From NCBI GenBank assembly GCA_963662715.1, contig OY759724.1:1830001-1862000 (forward strand): 32,000 bases of DNA, in the 5' to 3' direction. Position numbers and translations under genes: made by a program. The notes under the pieces are model-generated. The model searched no databases. It was not told the DNA's origin and saw only the letters and a program-made list of their open reading frames with translations. Every line of letters starts with the position of its first letter. The stretch's first letter is position 1. Shown here one piece after another: positions 20,407 to 29,045 of this stretch. The stretch comes from Candidatus Omnitrophota bacterium. Its GTDB lineage: Bacteria; Omnitrophota; Gorgyraeia; Zapsychrales; JANLHA01.

Positions 20407-20775
20407 ATGCTTTATATGAAATCAATATTGACAGTTGCAGATAATTCCGGAGCGCGCCGGGCGTCCCTTATCGGTGTGTTAAACAGTAAGGGGCGGCGCT
20501 GGGCGCAGGTAGGAGATGTTATCCGCGTCAATGTGAAAGAATCTGCTCCGGATGCTGCTATTAAAAAAGGGCAGATCGTGACCGGCGTCATTGTCCGGAC
20601 GAAATTTCCCATTAAAAGATCCGACGGCACAACGGTGCGTTTTGATTCCAACGCTCTGGTGATTATTGATGATGCGGGAAATCCAAAAGGGACTCGCGTT
20701 TTCGGGCCGGTGGCCCGGGAACTCAGAAACCTGGAATTTATGAAAATCATTTCATTAGCTCCTGAGGTAGTGTAA
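20407..20775 (+). CDS. rplN: 50S ribosomal protein L14
   Basis: MLYMKSILTVADNSGARR is the L14 N-terminus. An AAAGAGGA Shine-Dalgarno precedes ATG 20407, giving the usual 122-aa length. Confidence 0.95.
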   Translation: MLYMKSILTVADNSGARRASLIGVLNSKGRRWAQVGDVIRVNVKESAPDAAIKKGQIVTGVIVRTKFPIKRSDGTTVRFDSNALVIIDDAGNPKGTRVFGPVARELRNLEFMKIISLAPEVV

Positions 20776-20776
20776 T

Positions 20777-21088
20777 ATGTTGCGTATAAAAAAGAACGAT
20801 AAAGTCATTGTCATTACGGGAAAAGATAAAGGGAAGACAGGCAGGGTTTTAAGGGTTTTGCCCGACGGACAACGGGTTGTCATCGAGAAAATTAATTTGA
20901 TTAAGAAGACCAAACGCCGGACTCAGCAGGATCAGCAGGGCGGATTTGTTGAACTGGAAGCTCCTCTGCATATTTCCAATGTCATGCTTGTTGACAAAAA
21001 GACAAATAAAAGGACGAGGTTCGGAGTTTCTAAATTAAAAGACGGCAGCAAAGTTCGTATTGCAAAAATAAGCGGCGAAGTTATTTAA
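20777..21088 (+). CDS. rplX: 50S ribosomal protein L24
   Basis: MLRIKKNDKVIVITGKDKGKTGRVLRV is the KOW motif of L24. Confidence 0.95.
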   Translation: MLRIKKNDKVIVITGKDKGKTGRVLRVLPDGQRVVIEKINLIKKTKRRTQQDQQGGFVELEAPLHISNVMLVDKKTNKRTRFGVSKLKDGSKVRIAKISGEVI

Positions 21089-21117
21089 CTGATTATTCCA
21101 AAAAGAGGTAAGAAGAC

Positions 21118-21663
21118 GTGGTCCCGAGACTGTTAATAAAATATAAAGAGGAAATCGTTCCTCAGATGACGAAAACATTTGGCATTCCCAATATATTGGC
21201 TGTTCCGCGGCTGGAAAAGATTGTTGTGAATATGGGGGTCGGGGAAGCGATTACGGATATTAAAATTCTAGAAAATGCCATGCAGGATTTGGCGAAGATT
21301 ACCGGACAAAAACCGATTATTCGCCGATCCAGAAAGGCTATCTCGAATTTTAAACTCAGAGCAGGCATGCCGGTAGGCTGCAAGGTGACGTTGCGGGGAC
21401 ATAAAATGTATGAATTTCTTGACCGCTTTGTCAACGTGTGTTTGCCTCGTATTCGAGATTTCAACGGTGTCTCCATAAAATCATTTGACCGGCAGGGGAA
21501 TTATGCCTTGGGGGTGGCGGATCAGGCCATATTCCCGGAGATTGAGGTCGGGCGTATTCAGCGCAGCCAGGGGATGGATGTTTGTTTTGTATTTACCCGG
21601 GGGCCGCAGGAACAGACCATGGAGTTGTTGCGTCTGTTCGGCATGCCGTTTAGTAAAAGTTAA
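21118..21663 (+). CDS. rplE: 50S ribosomal protein L5
   Basis: VPRLEKIVVNMGVGEA, RRSRKAISNFKLR.GMPVG.KVTLRG and FPEI motifs. The GTG start follows an AGAGG Shine-Dalgarno. Confidence 0.96.
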   Translation: MVPRLLIKYKEEIVPQMTKTFGIPNILAVPRLEKIVVNMGVGEAITDIKILENAMQDLAKITGQKPIIRRSRKAISNFKLRAGMPVGCKVTLRGHKMYEFLDRFVNVCLPRIRDFNGVSIKSFDRQGNYALGVADQAIFPEIEVGRIQRSQGMDVCFVFTRGPQEQTMELLRLFGMPFSKS

Positions 21664-21694
21664 TGATTGAGATTTAAAGAGGATACTCTATATT

Positions 21695-21880
21695 ATGGCG
21701 AGAAAAGCCTTAATTCTAAAAGCCCAACGAAAACCGAAGTTTTCAACTCGGCAGCATAACCGTTGTACTTTGTGCGGTCGTCCTAAAGGATATTTGCGAC
21801 GTTTTGGAACATGCCGTATTTGTTTTCGTGAATTGGCCTGGAAGGGAGAAATCCCCGGGGTCAAGAAAGCTAGCTGGTAA
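21695..21880 (+). CDS. rpsN: 30S ribosomal protein S14, short zinc-binding type Z (61 aa)
   Basis: [61 protein letters not shown] contains CxxC...CxxC. Confidence 0.96.
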   Translation: MARKALILKAQRKPKFSTRQHNRCTLCGRPKGYLRRFGTCRICFRELAWKGEIPGVKKASW

Positions 21881-21917
21881 AAAACTAACTGAGAATATCT
21901 TATTAGAGGAATTGATT

Positions 21918-22313
21918 ATGTCATTGAATGATCCTATTGCTAATATGTTGACGTGCATTCGTAATGCCATTCAAGCTAAAAAGCAAACTGTGGATATCCG
22001 TGCGTCAAAATTGAATGGGAATATTTTGGAAATTTTTAAGAGTAATGGCTATATTGAAGATTTTCGTTTGATGAAAAATGATGTTCAGGGATCATTTAAG
22101 GTCTATCTGAAATACAGTGGCAGCAAAGCTGCCATTATCGGACTAAAAAGGATCTCAAAGAGTGGATTAAGAGTGTATGCAACACGGAACAAGATCCCCC
22201 GCGTGTTGAATGGTTTAGGGACGGCTGTGATTTCGACATCCAAAGGGGTCTTGGACGACAATGAAGCCCGACGACAAGGCGTTGGGGGAGAGGTGCTTTG
22301 TTATATCTGGTAA
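21918..22313 (+). CDS. rpsH: 30S ribosomal protein S8
   Basis: MSLNDPIANMLTCIRNA is the S8 N-terminus. An AGAGGA Shine-Dalgarno precedes ATG 21918. The ORF-track start 21804 would overlap rpsN. Confidence 0.95.
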   Translation: MSLNDPIANMLTCIRNAIQAKKQTVDIRASKLNGNILEIFKSNGYIEDFRLMKNDVQGSFKVYLKYSGSKAAIIGLKRISKSGLRVYATRNKIPRVLNGLGTAVISTSKGVLDDNEARRQGVGGEVLCYIW

Positions 22314-22319
22314 AAAATT

Positions 22320-22859
22320 ATGTCTAGAAAAGGAAAAATACCCATATCTGTTCCAAAGGACGTTAAAGTTTCCATCGATAAAGGGCAGGTCTTGTTAGAC
22401 GGGCCTAAAGGAAAAAAGGATTTTAGAATCCCGCAAGGCGTTAACGTAGAATACAAAGAAAATCAGCTTGTGGTAAGCCGGTACAATGATGTTAAGCAAA
22501 GTCGGGCCAATCACGGTACGGCGCGGGCATTATTGGTTAATATCGTGGACGGTATCACCAAAGGGCATAAAAAGGAACTGGAAATCCGCGGTATTGGTTA
22601 CCGGGCTCAGCTGCAGGGCAATACCTTGATTTTTAGCTTGGGATTCAGCCATCCTGTTGAATTCGAGATCCCTAAAGATATCAAGGTGACTCTGCCCAAA
22701 CCCACTTCGATTGTCTTGGAAGGCCAGGACAAGGTTCTGTTGGGACAGATTGCGGCTAAAATCAGGGATTTGAAACCCCCGGAACCCTATAAAGGGAAAG
22801 GGATTCGATATTTAGATGAAGTTGTTCGAACTAAACAAGGTAAATCCGTAACGAAATAA
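22320..22859 (+). CDS. rplF: 50S ribosomal protein L6
   Basis: MSRKGKIPISVPKDVKVSI, ELEIRGIGYRA and PEPYKGKGIRY motifs. Confidence 0.96.
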   Translation: MSRKGKIPISVPKDVKVSIDKGQVLLDGPKGKKDFRIPQGVNVEYKENQLVVSRYNDVKQSRANHGTARALLVNIVDGITKGHKKELEIRGIGYRAQLQGNTLIFSLGFSHPVEFEIPKDIKVTLPKPTSIVLEGQDKVLLGQIAAKIRDLKPPEPYKGKGIRYLDEVVRTKQGKSVTK

Positions 22860-22866
22860 TTAAGAT

Positions 22867-23238
22867 ATGGCACAGAAAACAATTAAAAAAGAAGTTAAGC
22901 GGTTAGCTCGACACAGCCGTTTACGGAAAAAAGTCAAAGGAACACCTGAAAGACCGCGGCTTTGCGTCTGCCGAAGTTTGAAGAATTTTTCTGCTCAGGT
23001 CATTGATGATTCTTCCGGGAAAGTGCTGTTTGGGTTATCAACAAAAAATAAAACTGTCATGCAGAAGATCAAATCAGGCGGCAATGTTCAGGCGGCTTCC
23101 ATTTTGGGCGAGGCTTTTGCGGCTGAAGCTGCGAATAAAGGAGTGAAAAAGGTCTGTTTTGATCGAAGCGGTTATGTTTACCATGGTCGGGTCAAAGCGT
23201 TTGCAGAGGCGGCCAGAAAAGGCGGGTTGGATTTTTAA
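22867..23238 (+). CDS. rplR: 50S ribosomal protein L18
   Basis: RHSRLRKKVKGT.ERPRL.V.RS.K and FDRSGY.YHGRVKA.AEAAR.GGL.F motifs. Confidence 0.96.
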   Translation: MAQKTIKKEVKRLARHSRLRKKVKGTPERPRLCVCRSLKNFSAQVIDDSSGKVLFGLSTKNKTVMQKIKSGGNVQAASILGEAFAAEAANKGVKKVCFDRSGYVYHGRVKAFAEAARKGGLDF

Positions 23239-23281
23239 GTTTAAGGATGTGACTTAATCATTATTTGGAGATTACTCTATT

Positions 23282-23920
23282 ATGGATAACGGGAACAGTC
23301 AACAGAATCAGAATGAGGAACAGAAGAACGCATCTCAGCCTGATACTCAAAATGAAAAAGAATCTTCTCAGGGGAAGGGTGGAGAATCGTCATCCCGGAG
23401 ACAGGGCCGGGGGCGGCAGCCCTATCAACGGAAGCCTGTCGCCGAATCCTCGGAATATATGGAAAAGGTTTTATCTATTAAGCGTGTTACGAAAGTTACG
23501 AAGGGGGGAAAGAAATTATCCTTCAGTGCTTTGGTTGTTGTCGGTGATATGAAAGGCCATGTCGGTTATAACTTGGCCAAGGCCGGGGAAGTGGCCATCG
23601 CCATCCGTAAGGCCTTGACGCGCGCCAAGAAGAACATGATCAGAATCCCTTTAAAAGGCACGACGATCCCTCATCAGATTGTCGGGGTCTGCGGCGGGGC
23701 AGAAGTCTTATTGAAGCCGGCGTCTGACGGAACCGGCGTTATCGCATCCGGGGCTGTCCGGGCCGTTTGTGAAGGTGCCGGCATCCATAATATTCTGACA
23801 AAATGCCATCGCAGTAATAACCCGATCAATGTCGTTAAAGCGACGATGGACGGGTTAACGAGAATGAAGTCAAAACAATATAAAGAATTGGAACAGGTAC
23901 AAACAGATGCAAGTTCATAA
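23282..23920 (+). CDS. rpsE: 30S ribosomal protein S5 (212 aa, N-terminally extended)
   Basis: Core sequence [44 protein letters not shown]. The in-frame ATG at 23459 is an alternative start that would remove the extension. Confidence 0.9.
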   Translation: MDNGNSQQNQNEEQKNASQPDTQNEKESSQGKGGESSSRRQGRGRQPYQRKPVAESSEYMEKVLSIKRVTKVTKGGKKLSFSALVVVGDMKGHVGYNLAKAGEVAIAIRKALTRAKKNMIRIPLKGTTIPHQIVGVCGGAEVLLKPASDGTGVIASGAVRAVCEGAGIHNILTKCHRSNNPINVVKATMDGLTRMKSKQYKELEQVQTDASS

Positions 23921-24377
23921 TTTGAAACCAGCTCCCGGAGCAAGAAAACGAAGAAAAATTGTCGGCCGTGGCAACGGATCCGGTCATGGAAAAACAAGTT
24001 GCCGGGGACAGACCGGGCAGAAATCCCGTTCAGGCAGGGGTATTCTCAGGCATTTGGAAGGAGGGCAAATCCCTCTTATCCGCCGGTTGCCCAAAGTGGG
24101 ATTCCGGAGCAAGAGACCGGTTCTTTATCAATTGGTGCCCTTAAAGAAGCTGGCAGAACTCAACGAGGCCAAGATCGATGCCCAAACCTTGCAGGATTCC
24201 GGGATGATTAAGAATATGTTCAAGCCCTTTAAAATTGTCGGCAACACAGACATTAAGAACGCTATTCAGGTCGAAGCTTACAGCTGCTCCAAACGGGCGG
24301 AAGAAATTATTAAAGCGGCCGGCGGGCAGGTTGTCCTCATAGATAAAAAGATTCTTAAAGAGAAAAATAAAAATTAA
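23907..24377 (+). CDS. rplO: 50S ribosomal protein L15
   Basis: [43 protein letters not shown] is the L15 N-terminus. The start overlaps the end of rpsE by 14 nt. Confidence 0.95.
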   Translation: MQVHNLKPAPGARKRRKIVGRGNGSGHGKTSCRGQTGQKSRSGRGILRHLEGGQIPLIRRLPKVGFRSKRPVLYQLVPLKKLAELNEAKIDAQTLQDSGMIKNMFKPFKIVGNTDIKNAIQVEAYSCSKRAEEIIKAAGGQVVLIDKKILKEKNKN

Positions 24378-24395
24378 AGTTCGTTTGTATTTATT

Positions 24396-25736
24396 ATGAT
24401 ATCCGGTTTTGCCAATTGTTTTAAGATCCCAGACTTAAGGAAAAGAATCCTTATCACTTTAGGAATCATTGCTCTTTATCGCGTCGGATGCTTTATCCCG
24501 ACGCCCGGGGTTAACGGAGCCGTTCTCACGGAATATTTTCAGAAATTAAGTACGTCTAACTCTGGTTCGATCTTTGGAATTATTAATATGTTTTCCGGTG
24601 GCGCGATTGCGAAAATGACCGTCTTCGCCCTGGGAATTATGCCGTATATTTCCAGTTCGATTATTATGCAGCTTTTAACCGCCGTTATCCCTGCTTTAGA
24701 AAAGTTGTCGAAAGAAGGGCAGGCCGGTTATCATAAAATCAATCAGTATACGCGCTATGGGACGTTAATCCTTTGCTTGGTGCAGTCCTTTTTCATTTCT
24801 TTATGGATGGAGAAGGGTTTTGGCGATGTGAGTATTGTTAATAATCCGGGATGGCCGTTTCGTATCACAACAGTGCTAACGTTGACCTGCGGAACATTGC
24901 TGCTCATGTGGCTCGGGGAGCAAATTCAGGAGCGCGGGATCGGACAAGGCATCTCTTTGATCATCACAGCGGGGATTATTTCATCAGCTCCGCAAGCCGT
25001 CCAGACTCTTGTGATGCTGATGAATGCCAAGACCGTAGGAGCCGCCCAGTTGCAGCCTTTGACGTTGCTTATGATGCTGGTTTTCCTGGTGGGAGTCGTC
25101 GTTGCGATTACTCTTATCACACAGGCTCAGCGGAAAATCCCCATTCAATATGCCAGAAGAATCGTCGGACGGAAAGTCTATGGCGGGCAAAGCACCTACC
25201 TTCCTCTTAAGGTCGATACGTCGGGTGTTATTGCGATTATTTTTGCCCAGTCCATTATTTTGTTCCCTGCGACGTTGGCAAGTTTTATCCCTTCGCAAGG
25301 ATTTCAAACCTTTGCCTCCTTGTTGCAAAGAGGTGGATGGCTTTATTATATGTTGTATGGATTGCTGATTATTTTCTTCTGTTATTTTTATACGGCGATA
25401 GTTTTCAACCCCATCGATGTTGCCGAAAACTTAAAGAAACACGGCGGGTTTATCCCCGGTGTCCGCCCGGGAGCGCAGACAGCGAATTATTTGGAATTTG
25501 TGCTTGAACGTATTACGTTAGCCGGTGCCTTTTTTATATGTTCCATTGCTATTATGCCGGATGCCATTATGGCGTCTTTCCGGGTGCCTTACCTGGTGGC
25601 TTCCTTTTTCGGCGGCACAGGCGTTTTGATTACCGTGGGCGTTATGCTGGACACCATGAAACAGATCGAGTCTCATTTGCTGATGCGTCATTATGACGGA
25701 TTTATGAGGTCGGGTCAATTAAGGGGGAGACGATGA
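24396..25736 (+). CDS. secY: Preprotein translocase subunit SecY
   Basis: A 446-aa polytopic membrane protein with the SecY signatures LRKRILITLGIIALYRVG..IPTPGV and GIMPYISSSIIMQLL. Confidence 0.97.
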   Translation: MISGFANCFKIPDLRKRILITLGIIALYRVGCFIPTPGVNGAVLTEYFQKLSTSNSGSIFGIINMFSGGAIAKMTVFALGIMPYISSSIIMQLLTAVIPALEKLSKEGQAGYHKINQYTRYGTLILCLVQSFFISLWMEKGFGDVSIVNNPGWPFRITTVLTLTCGTLLLMWLGEQIQERGIGQGISLIITAGIISSAPQAVQTLVMLMNAKTVGAAQLQPLTLLMMLVFLVGVVVAITLITQAQRKIPIQYARRIVGRKVYGGQSTYLPLKVDTSGVIAIIFAQSIILFPATLASFIPSQGFQTFASLLQRGGWLYYMLYGLLIIFFCYFYTAIVFNPIDVAENLKKHGGFIPGVRPGAQTANYLEFVLERITLAGAFFICSIAIMPDAIMASFRVPYLVASFFGGTGVLITVGVMLDTMKQIESHLLMRHYDGFMRSGQLRGRR

Positions 25737-26419
25737 ATCTTGTTTTGCTGGGGCCTCCTGGGGCGGGAAAAGGAACTTTTGCCGGCCTGATCAAGCAATC
25801 TTTGGGGTTGTGCCATATATCCACGGGGGATATGTTGCGGGAAGCCATGAAAAGCGGTTCTGATCTTGGCAAAACGGTAAAGTCTTATGTTGAGAGCGGC
25901 GGCCTTGTCCCGGATGAACTGATTGTCCAGATTATCGAACAAAGGTTGAAACAGGATGATGTGCAGCAGCACGGGTATTTGCTGGACGGATTCCCGAGGA
26001 CAACCCCACAGGCCCAGGCCTTGGATGATATTCTTGACCGTATCCGGCAGCCCATTGATCTGGTGGTTTATATGGAAGCGGGACTCCCGGTCATCGTCCA
26101 GCGGCTGACTGGACGCAGGATATGCCGGCAATGTAATGCGATTTATCATATTGTCAACATGCCCTCCAAACAGGAAGGCATATGTGATGCCTGTGGAGGT
26201 GAATTGTATCAGCGGCCGGATGATAATGAAGAAACGATAACGAACCGTATGAACGTTTACACACAAAGCACGCAGCCTATTGTGGATTATTATCAAAGTC
26301 AGGACAAGTTGCGTAAGTTTAATGCGGAAAACAAGACGATTGAACTTTTAAATGAGTTAAAGAAAATTCTGAATGAATCAAAAACATCAGATAAAGATCA
26401 AGTCGCCTCAAGAGATTGA
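25733..26419 (+). CDS. adk: Adenylate kinase (Cys4 zinc lid)
   Basis: P-loop LLGPPGAGKGT and the GYLLDGFPRT motif. The lid is CRQCNAIYH...CDACGG. An ATGA junction overlaps secY. Confidence 0.96.
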   Translation: MNLVLLGPPGAGKGTFAGLIKQSLGLCHISTGDMLREAMKSGSDLGKTVKSYVESGGLVPDELIVQIIEQRLKQDDVQQHGYLLDGFPRTTPQAQALDDILDRIRQPIDLVVYMEAGLPVIVQRLTGRRICRQCNAIYHIVNMPSKQEGICDACGGELYQRPDDNEETITNRMNVYTQSTQPIVDYYQSQDKLRKFNAENKTIELLNELKKILNESKTSDKDQVASRD

Positions 26420-27134
26420 AGAATTAGCGCACGCAGGAAAAATCCTGGCTGCAATTGTTAAAGATTTAATTTGCTCTTTAAAATCTGGAATGACAACAGG
26501 AGAGCTGGACGCCATTTGTGAGGATTTGATCGCGCAGAAACGTGTCAAGCCAGCCTTCAAAGGGTATCGCGGTTTTCCCTCTTGTGCCTGTATTTCGGTC
26601 AATCAGGAGGTTGTCCACGGAATCCCTGGCCCGAAAGCCATCCGTGACGGAGATATCGTCAGTGTCGATATCGGGATCATTTATCATGATTTCTTCTCCG
26701 ATATGGCGGTGACCGTCGGCGTTGGAGATTTCTCCCCGGAGCTTGAGGAGCTCCTCGGCGTTACGGAAATGGGCTTGCATCAGGGAATCGCTCAAGCCCG
26801 TGAGAACAATCATCTGTCAGATATTTCGAATGCCATTCAGACATATGTTGAGTCGAGAGGATTTTCTGTCGTTCGTGACTTTGTGGGACATGGCATAGGC
26901 CGGAATCTTCACGAGGAGCCGGAGATACCTAATTTCGGAGCTCCCCATGAAGGGCCTGTCTTAAAGGCCGGAATGGTTTTGGCGATTGAGCCTATGGTTA
27001 ATATGGGAACTTGGCACACAAAGATATTGGACGATGGATGGACCGTAGAGACCCTGGACGGGAAGCCATCTGCTCATTTTGAACATACGGTTGCCGTTAC
27101 AGAAGATGGGCCGAGAATCCTAACATTATCATAG
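26373..27134 (+). CDS. map: Type I methionine aminopeptidase
   Basis: IKSPQEIEELAHAGKILA, VVHGIP, DIVSVDIG, GHGIG...HEEP and FEHTV metal-ligand motifs. The only in-frame start that keeps the conserved N-terminus is ATG 26373. Confidence 0.93.
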   Translation: MNQKHQIKIKSPQEIEELAHAGKILAAIVKDLICSLKSGMTTGELDAICEDLIAQKRVKPAFKGYRGFPSCACISVNQEVVHGIPGPKAIRDGDIVSVDIGIIYHDFFSDMAVTVGVGDFSPELEELLGVTEMGLHQGIAQARENNHLSDISNAIQTYVESRGFSVVRDFVGHGIGRNLHEEPEIPNFGAPHEGPVLKAGMVLAIEPMVNMGTWHTKILDDGWTVETLDGKPSAHFEHTVAVTEDGPRILTLS

Positions 27135-27143
27135 AGATCGTTT

Positions 27144-27365
27144 ATGGCTAAAGAAGATTTAATAGAAGTGGAAGGAACAATTGTCGAAGCTTTGCCCAAT
27201 GCCATCTTCCGGGTTAAGCTGGAAAACGGGCATGAGGTCAAGGCCCATATATCCGGGAAGATCCGTATGCATTTCATCCGGATATTGCCCGGGGATAAAG
27301 TGAAACTGGAATTATCCCCATATGATCTTTCAAGGGGAAGAATTACTTACAGGTGTAAATCATGA
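27144..27365 (+). CDS. infA: Translation initiation factor IF-1
   Basis: [70 protein letters not shown]. Confidence 0.97.
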   Translation: MAKEDLIEVEGTIVEALPNAIFRVKLENGHEVKAHISGKIRMHFIRILPGDKVKLELSPYDLSRGRITYRCKS

Positions 27366-27475
27366 AAGTAAAATCGTCTGTTAAACGTATTTGCAGTAAT
27401 TGTAAAATAGTGCGGCGTAAAAATGTCGTTAGAGTGATTTGCTCTAATCCTAAACATAAGCAAAGACAAGGTTAA
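27362..27475 (+). CDS. rpmJ: 50S ribosomal protein L36 (37 aa, not in the ORF track)
   Basis: Hand translation gives [37 protein letters not shown]. An ATGA junction overlaps the infA stop. Confidence 0.92.
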   Translation: MKVKSSVKRICSNCKIVRRKNVVRVICSNPKHKQRQG

Positions 27476-27529
27476 GACAAGGTTTACGAAGGCCCGAGTT
27501 AACAACATTAATTGTTTGAGGAAAATAAT

Positions 27530-27895
27530 ATGCCAAGAATCTTAGGTGTGGATATCCCCAGAGAAAAAAGGATCGATGCGGCGTTGCCCTATCTTTATGG
27601 GATCGGCCCGACAACAGCCCGGAAAGCGCTGGATGAAGCCAATATTGAATATCATCGCCGCGCCAAGGACCTTTCTGACGAAGAAATTGCCCGGCTGACA
27701 GGCGTTATTCAGAATAATTTTGTGATTGAAGGGGATCTCCGCCGGGAAATGACCCAGAATATTCGCCGTCATATGGATATTGGAACCCATCGCGGTTTGC
27801 GTCACCGTAAAGGATTACCGGTGCGGGGACAAAGAACCAAGACAAATGCCCGCACGCGCAAAGGGCGCAAGGGCTTTATCGGCGGGAAGAGGTAA
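27530..27895 (+). CDS. rpsM: 30S ribosomal protein S13
   Basis: MPRILGVDIPREKR....L.YLYGIG is the S13 N-terminus. A GAGGA Shine-Dalgarno precedes ATG 27530. Confidence 0.95.
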   Translation: MPRILGVDIPREKRIDAALPYLYGIGPTTARKALDEANIEYHRRAKDLSDEEIARLTGVIQNNFVIEGDLRREMTQNIRRHMDIGTHRGLRHRKGLPVRGQRTKTNARTRKGRKGFIGGKR

Positions 27896-27927
27896 TAACA
27901 GAGGCAATACAATTTTGAGGATACGAC

Positions 27928-28335
27928 ATGGCAAAAGGTAAAATTTCAGCAAGGAAAGAAAAGAAACTCAAAAAAAAGATGCTTAAAGGCATCACTGCGG
28001 GCATCGTGCATATCAAGGCGACTTTTAATAATACGCTTATTACGATAACGGATAAGCAGGGCAATGCCATCACCTGGTCCAGCCCTGGTGCCGTGGGTTT
28101 TAACGGCTCCAAGAAATCAACGCCTTTTGCCGCTCAGGTTGCTGCCAGTTCTGCCGCTAAGGAAGCCAAGGAATTGGGATTAAACAGTGTGGATATATTA
28201 GTCAAAGGCCCCGGCTCTGGCCGTGAGTCAGCGATTCGTGCCGTTCAGGCGGCGGGTTTAAACGTTATGTCTATTAGAGACGTGACTCCCATGCCGCATA
28301 ACGGTTGCCGGCCGCGCAAGAAAAGAAGAGTCTAA
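27928..28335 (+). CDS. rpsK: 30S ribosomal protein S11
   Basis: [41 protein letters not shown] and IRDVTP.PHNGCRP.K.RRV motifs. Confidence 0.97.
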   Translation: MAKGKISARKEKKLKKKMLKGITAGIVHIKATFNNTLITITDKQGNAITWSSPGAVGFNGSKKSTPFAAQVAASSAAKEAKELGLNSVDILVKGPGSGRESAIRAVQAAGLNVMSIRDVTPMPHNGCRPRKKRRV

Positions 28336-28380
28336 AGGGTCGTCTGTTCAAAGGACATAAAGGAAAGGAAAAATCGTAGC

Positions 28381-29007
28381 ATGGCAAGAGACTTAGAGCC
28401 AAGTTGCAAGAAATGCAGACGGGAAGGAGAGAAGTTGTTCCTGAAAGGCACGCGATGCCATACGCACCGTTGCGCTTATGACCGCAGGGAATATGCCCCG
28501 GGCGACCATGGGAACCGAAGAACAAAGCTGTCGAATTACGGGTTACAGCTCCGGGAAAAGCAAAAAGTCAAAAGAATTTACGGGCTTCTGGAAAGACAGT
28601 TCCGTCTTTATTTTGGGAAAGCCGCTCGTAAAAAAGGGGTTACAGGGTCGATTTTGCTTCAATATCTGGAGCGGCGCCTGGACAACGTTATTTATCAGCT
28701 TGGTTTTTCCGTTTCTCGTAAGCAAGCCCGGCAGTTTGTTTCGCATGGCTTCGTTTATGTCAATGACCGGCGAGTCAATATCCCGTCATATCTGATAAAA
28801 CAGAATGATGAGATTTCCATGAAGTTTGATAAAAAAGGCAAGGAAAAAGTTAAGGAAAATATTGAGTCTTCGGAAGGCCGTGCCGTGCCGGCTTGGCTGA
28901 TGCCTGATCCGGAACATTTCAAAGGAAAAGTCTTGCGTTTGCCTGAACGGGAAGATATCGATTTCTCGGTCAACGAACAGTTGATCGTCGAGCTTTATTC
29001 AAGATAA
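28381..29007 (+). CDS. rpsD: 30S ribosomal protein S4 (N-terminal Cys4 cluster)
   Basis: MARDLEPSCKKCRREGEKLFLKG.RC....C, SNYGLQLREKQKVKRIYG and the S4 RNA-binding domain (RLDNVIYQLGF..SR.QARQ.V.HG...VN). Confidence 0.96.
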   Translation: MARDLEPSCKKCRREGEKLFLKGTRCHTHRCAYDRREYAPGDHGNRRTKLSNYGLQLREKQKVKRIYGLLERQFRLYFGKAARKKGVTGSILLQYLERRLDNVIYQLGFSVSRKQARQFVSHGFVYVNDRRVNIPSYLIKQNDEISMKFDKKGKEKVKENIESSEGRAVPAWLMPDPEHFKGKVLRLPEREDIDFSVNEQLIVELYSR

Positions 29008-29045
29008 AACTCTCTCAAGACCAGATTTTAATTTAGGAGGATAAT

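Noticed and set aside
24851-25210. Same-strand alternative-frame ORFs inside real genes: 24851-25210 in secY, 19094-19399 in rpsC, 28478-28795 in rpsD, 23265-23552 in rpsE and 15343-15591 in rpsJ.
   Set aside because: They are off-frame read-throughs within conserved CDS. Their translations have no motifs and there is no independent initiation signal.
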